The translations under genes were made by a program, and so were the position numbers. Below, piece by piece: positions 31,044-38,679 of a DNA stretch of 64,000 bases. Position 1 is the stretch's first letter; each line of letters begins with the position of its first letter. Below the pieces are notes generated by a model. The model was not told where the DNA came from. It made no database searches and saw only the letters and a list, made by a program, of their open reading frames with translations. The stretch spans positions 2,080,001-2,144,000 of the forward strand of contig OZ240215.1 in the NCBI GenBank assembly GCA_965197585.1, read 5' to 3'. The stretch comes from Dehalococcoidia bacterium. GTDB taxonomy: Bacteria > Chloroflexota > Dehalococcoidia > Plut-88900.

Positions 31044-31104
31044 CTAATTTTATCACACCCCCTCCCCCATCCCCGACTCCGCTCTGGAATCCATCCCGCG
31101 GGGC

Positions 31105-31248
31105 ATTCCGTTCGCCCTGAGCAAAGTCGAAGGGTTTCAAGAGCGGAATGGGGCAGGGCATTCCGCTCGCCCTGTCGAAGATGCGCCGGGGCGTAAGCGC
31201 GCTGTAAGTCCGCCGAGGCGGATCGAAGGGTCTCAAGAGCAGCATGGG
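31105..31248. repeat. Two tandem REP-like family A copies, the second with nested modules
   Basis: cattccgttcgccctgagcaaagtcgaagggtttcaagagcggaatg, then a copy carrying gtcgaagatgcgcc.. and ctgtaagtccgccgaggcgga inserts. Confidence 0.8.
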
Positions 31249-31272
31249 GCGGGCCTCCCCCCGACGCGCGAA

Positions 31273-31303
31273 ACACGGGCCCGAGCTAAGCCCGGGCCCG
31301 TGT
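31273..31303 (-). terminator. Hairpin downstream of the vWA gene
   Basis: acacgggcccg / cgggcccgtgt 11-bp stem. Confidence 0.6.
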
Positions 31304-31328
31304 CCCAAACTTTGTGCCGAAAGTGCCT

Positions 31329-33143
31329 CTAAGGACTGTACCCCGAACCCCCAGACCCGCCTTCGTAGCTGGGCAGTGTATTGACCAGGTGACCTAGCAG
31401 GTATGCGAAATCGTTGTACGAGTCCAGGTGCGACATGGACATCCTAAGGGATCCCAACCAGCTCTCCAGGGCCCTCAGATCATCCCCAATCACGGATCCT
31501 CCCTCCGCCTCCACGTATGGCAGAGCGCCGTACCTGTCGGAAGCCAGGGCTACTATGGACCCGAACCGCAGCATGTCGTCACTCGGCTCCTCGAAGCGAA
31601 CGTTCTGGTAGCCCCGGATCTCCGTGTCCTGCTGTCTCGTTTCGCCACTGATGGGGGTCACCCACCTGACATGTACGTCTCCCAGCCTGATGGCCTGTCC
31701 GCTCCAGTCGTCGACTCGGCGTGTCAGCGCCAGTTCGTAAAAGACGGTTGTGGCAGTGCCTGAGGGAATCTCTGCGAACTCCTTGCGATTCTCCACAAAG
31801 GACTCGTCAGGAGTTATACGGTTTTCGTATCCTATCAGCCGCCAGGAATTCACCGTCGAGGGGTCCCATTGCACCTGCGCTCGAGTCTGGTCGGCAAATG
31901 GAGTCGAGATTGTGGTCCAGTTTTCCCGGCTGAACGTGGCCCGGGCCTGGTTTGCATCATCCAGGTACCTGTACCATCCGTTGCCGTACTGCGCCAGCTG
32001 CTCCAGCAGGTAGTCGTTGTAGTTCTCGATGCCCACCCCTATGGTTATCAGCCGCAGCGGATTGTTGCTTTGCCGGTCGTCCGCCGACCGCAGGATTGCA
32101 AAGGGGTCCGTCGCATCCACGTTGGCAACGCCGTCCGACATGAGGATCACGTAGTTGTAGGAGTCGGGGCGGTCATAACGCATCCGGTCGGCGATCCGAA
32201 CGCCCAGGTTAAGTCCGGCCTGCACGTTGGTGCTGTTGTTGGGCCGAAGATTCCCTATGGAATTTGTGACCGCACGGTCGTCCGGCCTCCGACTCTCTAC
32301 CGTGTACCGACCGATGACGTCATCCGAGAATTGGACGACGGAGATTCGGTCATTGCTCCCCAGGCTATTTCTTATCGATTCCGCCGCCGCCCGGGCTATT
32401 TCCACCCGGTTCCCGTCCGACATTGACCCCGATGCATCCAGCACCAACGTAACGTTTAGGGGCCTGTTGTCATCCCTAACGTCCGGTGCCTGGAACGTTA
32501 ACCGGGCCAGGTGCATCTCGCTCTGCAGCGGGTGTTCGACCAGCGCCGAGGAGATTGCAAAGCTGTTGTTGTCTCTCGGCCGCGCGTACTGGTAGTTGAA
32601 TGCGTTGACCCATTCTTCCGCTCTCACCGAGTCCGGGTCGACCTGGTATCCCTCCCTAGCCCAGTTCAAAGCCAGCTGGAACGACGTCCGATCGGTGTCC
32701 AGGCTGAACGTGGAGGTTCTGTCCCGAGAGGTCGCCACCAAAGGACTGCGCCGGTAGTCCTGGAATGTCGTAGCCGCGGGCACGGCGGTCGGGGCCGGAG
32801 CCGCACTATCGGCTGAACGGGCCCATGCAAACGGGGTTGGTTCCGGCATAGCCGTTGCCCCTACCGAATAGGAGGAAGAGCTATTTTGACCGTAGTTGCC
32901 GCTTTCGGGAATAGCGTCGTCCGCCTCTTCCATCATTGCCGTGGGCTCTGGCATCGCCATCGCCGGCACCGTAGTTGATGTAGCACTTGCTTTGTACGAA
33001 TCCGATCCGGACGTATAGGATGTACTCTCTGAACGCTCCCTCATCGCCTCGGGCGTTGCCGTCGCACCTTCTGCACAAGCGAACCCCACTATCGCCACCG
33101 CCATTGTCAAAATCAGGGCTATTGCTAAACGTCTAAACAGCAT
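31329..33143 (-). CDS. vWA-domain lipoprotein (YfbK-like)
   Basis: Lipobox GFAC; STFSLDTD..S, VR.EEWVNAF.Y, MIDAS DASGS, SDG.AN, RLIGYENR. Confidence 0.9.
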   Translation of the reverse strand: MLFRRLAIALILTMAVAIVGFACAEGATATPEAMRERSESTSYTSGSDSYKASATSTTVPAMAMPEPTAMMEEADDAIPESGNYGQNSSSSYSVGATAMPEPTPFAWARSADSAAPAPTAVPAATTFQDYRRSPLVATSRDRTSTFSLDTDRTSFQLALNWAREGYQVDPDSVRAEEWVNAFNYQYARPRDNNSFAISSALVEHPLQSEMHLARLTFQAPDVRDDNRPLNVTLVLDASGSMSDGNRVEIARAAAESIRNSLGSNDRISVVQFSDDVIGRYTVESRRPDDRAVTNSIGNLRPNNSTNVQAGLNLGVRIADRMRYDRPDSYNYVILMSDGVANVDATDPFAILRSADDRQSNNPLRLITIGVGIENYNDYLLEQLAQYGNGWYRYLDDANQARATFSRENWTTISTPFADQTRAQVQWDPSTVNSWRLIGYENRITPDESFVENRKEFAEIPSGTATTVFYELALTRRVDDWSGQAIRLGDVHVRWVTPISGETRQQDTEIRGYQNVRFEEPSDDMLRFGSIVALASDRYGALPYVEAEGGSVIGDDLRALESWLGSLRMSMSHLDSYNDFAYLLGHLVNTLPSYEGGSGGSGYSP

Positions 33144-33224
33144 TTCTCAGGCCTCCTTCTGATCGTGTATAGACTGTTAGACGTTTACCCCCTGTCTTTT
33201 GTTCCCTTACGCTCCCACCTCCCC

Positions 33225-33765
33225 ATCCATCATTCTCGTGCCCCGACACGGCAATCCATCCCCCAGGCACGGGGCCGCTCACCCTGAGCGACGAGTCGAA
33301 GGGTCGAGCGAGGGGTGGCCCACCTTTGCCAATCCGTCGCCTGTGCCACCCCACCCACCCCCTACCCATCCCGATGCCCCGCGAGGGATCTAAAGCGCCC
33401 GCCTGCACAACACAGATGCCTATCCGGCCATCCTTGTCCCCCTTCCACCCCCTTCATTCCCGACTCCGATCGGGAATCCATCCCCATCCCCCCATTCCCA
33501 ACCCCGATCGGGCTGTAAGTGCGCCTCTGGCGTGAATCCATCCCCCTCCCACTCCCCCCAAGATTGAACTAGAGGCCCGCACGGGTGCACAGCACCCGTG
33601 CGGGCCTCTGTTCTTATCTCCCCCTCTCCCTTGAAGGCCCTAAGGGTCGAAGATGTCGTAGATGCGCCTGGGAGTGCGCCTGTCGCCTGACTTTACTTAT
33701 TCCCGGGGTGTGGGGGTTCCGCTCGCCCTGAGCAGAGTCGAAGGGTCTCAAGAGCGGAACGGGGT
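33225..33765. repeat. Cluster of mixed REP-like palindromes (families A and B, CATTCCC..GGGAATCCA family C, long perfect hairpin)
   Basis: Family C at ~33231, ~33455, ~33493; family A at ~33275 and 33716-33760; 18-bp-stem hairpin at 33571-33609. Confidence 0.75.
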
Positions 33766-33791
33766 GGACTCCCAAGTGTGACACGAACCCC

Positions 33792-33821
33792 TTGACCCTA
33801 CCTGAACATACGTGCTATTAT
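33792..33821 (+). promoter_or_regulatory. Sigma70-type promoter with overlapping LexA-like box
   Basis: TTGACC (33792-97), 18 nt, TATTAT (33816-21) with extended -10 TG; GAAC-atac-GTGC at 33804-33815. Confidence 0.65.
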
Positions 33822-33827
33822 CCCCAC

Positions 33828-34490
33828 CGTTCGAACACCACCCCAACTATCTCAAGGAGGAACCAAAAACCCAGGGAAGCCCACTAGACCCACCCGAGGA
33901 CTCAACGCCTCAGCCCATCCCAACGGCCTTCGCGCAGGCCCGCGGCACAAGTGACCGGCGCCATCTCCTTTTCCCATCGGGTCCCGTGCCCCTTTCCCTG
34001 GTAGTCAGGCGATGGAAGATGCCTGGACGGCGTCATAGCGGAACGGCCATTCCCCGCCGAGACCCCGTCTCGAAGGTCGGTTAGCAGCGAGCTTACGCTT
34101 TATCAAGCTAGGGGTGGCGGACCGGCTATCCCCGTCCGAGACTCCCTCTCGGAGGTTGGCCCGCCTGCGAGCTTACGCCATATCAAGCAAGGGGCCGTTG
34201 GGCCGCTTGGACCCTCGGGTGGCCCACGCAAATAGGATATCTGAGGGGGCCACAGCCCGATCACTGGCCCCCATCATGCCTGCGGGCATTCAGAGGCGGG
34301 GTCACAGCCGGACTATCTCCCCGGAAAGTCCGCGTTTATCATCGAGCATTAGGGGTGGCAGGGCTTCCACGCCTCGGAGCAGCCCAACATCCGCCAGCAA
34401 AACGGGGCAAGGCCGACCAATCAGCGTCTTCCATCGCCGACCACCCAACAAGCCAATCAACACCCGAATCCCAACCGAATAACCCAAATC
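33828..34490 (+). ncRNA. Candidate large structured non-coding RNA (unassigned class)
   Basis: No credible ORF; 15-bp helix 34008-22/34424-38; 9-bp helix 33871-79/33993-34001; many hairpins; internal 80-nt duplication; own promoter. Confidence 0.55.
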
Positions 34491-34511
34491 CGTAGGAGTG
34501 ACCGGCCGGTC

Positions 34512-34574
34512 GACCTGAGCCGAGCTGCAAGTGCGCCTCTGGAGCATCGAAGGGAGTCTCAAGAGCGGAATGGG
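34512..34574. repeat. REP-like family A copy with nested module, preceded by a GTAG-type palindrome
   Basis: cctgagccgag[ctgcaagtgcgcctctggagca]tcgaagggagtctcaagagcggaatg; gtaggagtgaccggccggtcgacct at 34492. Confidence 0.75.
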
Positions 34575-34643
34575 ACAGGACGTCCCCGATTCAGCCGGCC
34601 AAGCCTGCTATAATCGGCCCATCCCCTCCCCCGGAGGCCCCAC

Positions 34644-35729
34644 ATGAGACCGCCATTTCAGGTCATAGACTCCGACGGCCATATCAATGAACCCGAAGAG
34701 ATCATCGCCACCTACATGCCGCCTCCCTATGACGCCTATCTCCACGCCTGGAAGGCCAATGCGGGCGGCGACGTCTACTCCAACAACACCCTGGTTCCCA
34801 AGCAGCCCGGCATGGACCCCACCATGGGCGGCGCCCTGGGCACGAACGGCCCTTCCGGATTCCCCTTTCCCTCCGACTGGCTTGCAATCATGGACAAGGC
34901 CGGTGTCGAGAAGACCTACCTCTATCCCACCGCCTTCCTTCCCTATTCCATGATGGTCGACCCCGAATACACCGTCGCCGTGACCCGTGCCTACAACTCC
35001 TTCATCCACGACCACTGGCTGCAGGTCAACGACAGGTTCGGCGCGGTCGCCGTCATGCCCCTGCTGGACGCCGAGGAGTCCGCCAAAGAGTTGCGCAGAT
35101 CGGTGACTGAGCTCGGGTTCGCCGGAGCGTTCACTCCCGCAGTCGGGTACGGGCTAATAGGCAGGAAGCAGAACCACCCCTTCTTCGCCGAGGCCCAGGA
35201 CCTCAACACCACCGTCGCCATCCACGGCGGCCACGCCACCGCCGAATACATACCCTACACACGGTTCATCCAGCGTCACGCAGTCGGGTTCCCGGTTTCC
35301 CAAATAATCCAGATGACCAGCCTCGCCCTTGAGGGCATATTCGAGCTGTTCCCCAACCTGCGGGTTGCATTCCTCGAAGCCGGGTGCACCTGGGTCCCCT
35401 ACATGCTCGACCGGCTCGACGAGGAATGGGAGCTGCGAGGCAAGGTGGAGGCCCCCAACTGCAAGCGCGCCCCCAGCGAGTACCTCCGAGGCAGCAACGT
35501 ATTCGTCCACCTTGAACCCAACGAGAAACTACTGCCCCAGACCATCGACATTCTCGGCGGCGACGCCCTGGTCTACGCCTCCGACTGGCCTCACTGGGAC
35601 AATGACTTCCCCAACAGCATCGATCACATCTGGGAGAGAGAAGACATCACTGAAGGTCAGAAGCGGGCCATCCTCAGGGACAACCCGCTCGCCATGTACG
35701 GGATCAGTGACTCGGAAGGAGGCGCTTAA
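34644..35729 (+). CDS. Amidohydrolase_2 family protein
   Basis: IDSDGH, LYPT, AIHG, FLEAG..W, YASDWPHWD; TATAAT at ~34609. Confidence 0.9.
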   Translation: MRPPFQVIDSDGHINEPEEIIATYMPPPYDAYLHAWKANAGGDVYSNNTLVPKQPGMDPTMGGALGTNGPSGFPFPSDWLAIMDKAGVEKTYLYPTAFLPYSMMVDPEYTVAVTRAYNSFIHDHWLQVNDRFGAVAVMPLLDAEESAKELRRSVTELGFAGAFTPAVGYGLIGRKQNHPFFAEAQDLNTTVAIHGGHATAEYIPYTRFIQRHAVGFPVSQIIQMTSLALEGIFELFPNLRVAFLEAGCTWVPYMLDRLDEEWELRGKVEAPNCKRAPSEYLRGSNVFVHLEPNEKLLPQTIDILGGDALVYASDWPHWDNDFPNSIDHIWEREDITEGQKRAILRDNPLAMYGISDSEGGA

Positions 35730-36163
35730 TGCCCCGATTCCCCTCCCTGGAATGGTTCGAGGAAGTCCGCCAGGTGTTCAACAGCGACGACGCCTTTCAG
35801 ACCGCCGGAGGCGGCTCCTGCGACGCCATCGTCGGGCTCAAGATAGGGAATGAAATCTACGTCATCGTCTTCGAGAGTTTCGAGTGTAGCTCTGTCCGTC
35901 TGGCGGAAGAGGACGATCTCTATGAGGCCGACTTCTACCTCGAAATGAACGGCGACGAGTGGCGGGAAATGATCCTGAACATCTCCGAAAATGGCTCAGC
36001 AGACCTGGACCATTCCCTTAACAGCATCGACCTCAACAAGTCCCCCGACAGCTTGGCCCACTCTCTGAACGAAGACGGCTACCGCATGGACTTCTTCTTC
36101 CGCTACAACCAGACCTTCCAGTACTTCTTCGACGCCTCCTCCCGCGTCGAGACGCAGTTCTAG
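35729..36163 (+). CDS. Hypothetical protein, possibly SCP2-like fold
   Basis: FPS.EWF....FN N-terminus; TAATG coupling to the amidohydrolase; RBS ggagg. Confidence 0.7.
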   Translation: MPRFPSLEWFEEVRQVFNSDDAFQTAGGGSCDAIVGLKIGNEIYVIVFESFECSSVRLAEEDDLYEADFYLEMNGDEWREMILNISENGSADLDHSLNSIDLNKSPDSLAHSLNEDGYRMDFFFRYNQTFQYFFDASSRVETQF

Positions 36164-36267
36164 CTCTCCCGCCAGCTATTCACCCGTTCGGCTCCGGCCT
36201 CGGAATTGTTGCCTCTCGGCTGTGGCCTCAATATACTGTGAAACACAGAAACTGTGAGGCTGCGACC

Positions 36268-36555
36268 ATGAAAAACATCACCCTATCCATTGATGAACAC
36301 ACCCATCGCCAGGCGCGTATAAGGGCTGCGGAGCTAGGCACTTCGGTGTCCGCTCTGGTCAGGGACTACCTGAAGTCTCTGGTTGCCGAGCCCCCGGAGA
36401 AAACAGCAGCGGATGTTCAGGGGTCAGAGACACCCTCGGAACATCCTGGCGGTTTAAAAGAATTGTTGGATGACTGGCAAGCGAAAGGCATAGGGCTGAA
36501 GATGTCCGAGAACCTGACCAGGGAAGAGCTTTACGACCGCAATGCGCTTCGTTGA
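36268..36555 (+). CDS. Ribbon-helix-helix antitoxin, copy 1
   Basis: MKNITLSIDE...ARIRAAE.GTSVSALVRDYL...LTREELYDR. Confidence 0.85.
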   Translation: MKNITLSIDEHTHRQARIRAAELGTSVSALVRDYLKSLVAEPPEKTAADVQGSETPSEHPGGLKELLDDWQAKGIGLKMSENLTREELYDRNALR

Positions 36556-36584
36556 TACTAAGCAGAACCTGTGAGGCTGTGACA

Positions 36585-36872
36585 ATGAAAAACATTACCG
36601 TATCCATTGATGAACACACCCATCGGCAAGCGCGTATAAGAGCTGCGGAGCTGGGTACGTCAGTGTCCGCCCTCGTCAGAAGCTACCTAAACCGCCTCGT
36701 GGCCAAACCACTGGAGGAGAAGGTGACTGAAGAGGAGTCGGAGACTCTCCTCGAGAGTCGCCGGAGGCTTTTGAGGGAAGTCATTGAGGACTTCGATGCG
36801 CGGGGCATTGGGCTCCGCATGTCTGAGAACCTTTCCCGAGATGAGCTCTACGACCGCAATGCGTTTCGTTGA
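36585..36872 (+). CDS. Ribbon-helix-helix antitoxin, copy 2
   Basis: Paralog of copy 1, same length; overlaps the PIN toxin start. Confidence 0.85.
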   Translation: MKNITVSIDEHTHRQARIRAAELGTSVSALVRSYLNRLVAKPLEEKVTEEESETLLESRRRLLREVIEDFDARGIGLRMSENLSRDELYDRNAFR

Positions 36873-37272
36873 TACCAACGTTCTGATATATGCGGTTAGT
36901 CTTGATCCACGGGATGCCATTAAGCGCCGCCTAGCTCTCGAACTCTTAGACGAGGAGGACTTGGCCATTTCAGTGCAAGTGCTTCAAGAGTTTTATTCAC
37001 AGGCCACTCGTGTGACTCGGCCAATCCCGATTTCTCACGACGATGCTATAAAGTTTTTGCAACCTATCCTGAAATTCCAAATCCACCCCATCACCCTGGA
37101 AATCTTCCATTCCGCAATCGCAATCTCCCAACGCTTCCAACTCTCATACTGGGACGGCGCAATCCTCGCCGCCGCCCGAGCCCTCGGCTGCGACGCCGTC
37201 TACTCTGAAGATATGAGCTCGGAGCAGGACTACGACGGCCTCCGAGTCATAAACCCGTTCGCCGCCCCATAA
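36859..37272 (+). CDS. PIN-domain (VapC-type) toxin
   Basis: MRFVDTNVLIYA, SVQVLQEF, SYWDG.I.AAA, YSEDM, INPF. Confidence 0.92.
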   Translation: MRFVDTNVLIYAVSLDPRDAIKRRLALELLDEEDLAISVQVLQEFYSQATRVTRPIPISHDDAIKFLQPILKFQIHPITLEIFHSAIAISQRFQLSYWDGAILAAARALGCDAVYSEDMSSEQDYDGLRVINPFAAP

Positions 37273-37350
37273 CCGTCCCTTGACCCCACCCCCCACCCCA
37301 CCCTAAACTCCCCCAAAATCAAGCATCCATATCCTTCCGGAGGCACACCC

Positions 37351-38679
37351 ATGTCCACTAACGAGTCCAGAAAATACGTCATAGTCGGCGCGGGAATTCA
37401 CGGTCTCAGCACCGCGTGGCACCTGGCAATGGACCTCAAGAGCCGTGGCCAAGGCTCCGGCAGGGACATACTGGTCCTCGAAAAGAGCCATGTCGGAGCG
37501 GGGGCTACAGGCGTAGCCTGCGGCAACGTCCGAAACTTCTACATGACCGAGGCCCTGCACCCCATCCTCAAGCACAGCGTCGACGTCTGGATGCACGACC
37601 CAATCAACTTCGGGTTTCAGCAGGTGGGATACGTCTCCTGCGGCGAGGCCAACCAGACCCCCGACTTCGAGAAGATGCACAAGTCTCACAATTCGGTGGA
37701 CTACACTTCCAACCTGTACGTCGGCAAGGAGGCCCGAGACTTCCTCACGTCCATCTGGCCCGACTTCAAGACCGATGGCATAGACGTGGCCCTGGACGAA
37801 CGTCTCAGCGGTTACGTCGGCACCCGAAACGTTCTCCGCGGTCTGGTGGAGAAATGTGAGCAACACGGGGTCGAGATTCGCACGGGCGTCGAGGTCACGG
37901 GCTACGACACCCGGGCAGGTAGCGTCAAGGCAGTAACCACAAACCAGGGCGAAATCGACTGCGACGCGGTCATCTGGGCCCTCGGCGCCTGGACTCCCAA
38001 GCACTGGGCCATGCTCGGCAAGCCCTCCCACATCGACTGCTCCTACTCGGACGGCTCCATAATCAACAAGGACATGTGGACCTTCTGGAGACTCCGGGAA
38101 GGCGAGGTCTACTTCGACGAACCCTACGTAACCCCGGAGGGCAAGAATCCCCCCATCCTCCACATCGAGAAGATGAGCACCCCCGTCTACGACGAGAGCA
38201 CTGGCGAGATGCTCCGGGACTACCTGTACGTATACTTCAAGAACGCCAACGAACGGATGGAGAGCCCCGGCCTCCAGGGCGGCATCACACCCGTCAAGAT
38301 TGGCCCCGACGCCGTTGTAGACCCCTACGGCCACTCCAACGAGCTCTACCAGGCCGAGCCCGAGTTCGCCGACTACTTCTGCGCCGCAATGGGCGCCACA
38401 ATGTCCCGTTTCGAAGGCATCAGGTCGTCCTTCAAGCAACGGCCCAACGGCGGCATCGGCGCTTTCACGCCCGACAACCTGCCCGTCCTCGACTGGGTGG
38501 CCCCCAACGTCTACATGATCGAAGACAGCAACCACGGCTTCAAGATGATCGGGATAGGTAAGCTGGTATCCAAGCTCCTGATGGGTGAGGATGTCCCCGA
38601 CCTGAAACCCTTCGCCTTCAGCCGCTACGCCGAGGGCAAGACCTTCGGCAGCAACAACAGCCATTCGCCGTGGGTGTAG
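37351..38679 (+). CDS. FAD-dependent oxidoreductase (DAO/sarcosine-oxidase-beta-like)
   Basis: IVGAGIHGLS.AWHLA, GAGATG, FTPDN.P, SNHGFK. Confidence 0.85.
   Translation: MSTNESRKYVIVGAGIHGLSTAWHLAMDLKSRGQGSGRDILVLEKSHVGAGATGVACGNVRNFYMTEALHPILKHSVDVWMHDPINFGFQQVGYVSCGEANQTPDFEKMHKSHNSVDYTSNLYVGKEARDFLTSIWPDFKTDGIDVALDERLSGYVGTRNVLRGLVEKCEQHGVEIRTGVEVTGYDTRAGSVKAVTTNQGEIDCDAVIWALGAWTPKHWAMLGKPSHIDCSYSDGSIINKDMWTFWRLREGEVYFDEPYVTPEGKNPPILHIEKMSTPVYDESTGEMLRDYLYVYFKNANERMESPGLQGGITPVKIGPDAVVDPYGHSNELYQAEPEFADYFCAAMGATMSRFEGIRSSFKQRPNGGIGAFTPDNLPVLDWVAPNVYMIEDSNHGFKMIGIGKLVSKLLMGEDVPDLKPFAFSRYAEGKTFGSNNSHSPWV

Noticed and set aside
34046-34197. Tandem glycine riboswitch (GAGA...CGAAGG in repeated units)
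   Set aside because: Lacks the conserved GCAA and CTCTCAGG elements, and the next gene is ~450 nt away with its own promoter.
34309-34335. ggaaagtccg resembling the RNase P RNA signature GAGGAAAGTCC
   Set aside because: It is part of a local hairpin, and the matching 3' signature (ACAGAA...GGCTTA) is not present.
33812-34562. ORFs 33812-34084, 34114-34482, 34302-34562 and 34339-34530
   Set aside because: Pro/Arg/Ser-rich, no motifs, no well-placed RBS; typical of chance ORFs in GC-rich structured DNA.
14730-34574. CRISPR array from the recurring palindromes
   Set aside because: Copies are dispersed and variable, without regular spacers, and there are no cas genes.
33660-34575. Group II intron, retron or tmRNA
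   Set aside because: The GTGCG hits belong to REP modules. There is no domain V consensus, no reverse transcriptase in the window, and no tRNA-like ends.
8538-38664. Long antisense ORFs (e.g. 8538-9704, 11236-12321, 19142-20293, 21155-22243, 37303-38664)
   Set aside because: Shadow frames opposite well-supported genes, expected from high-GC codon bias.
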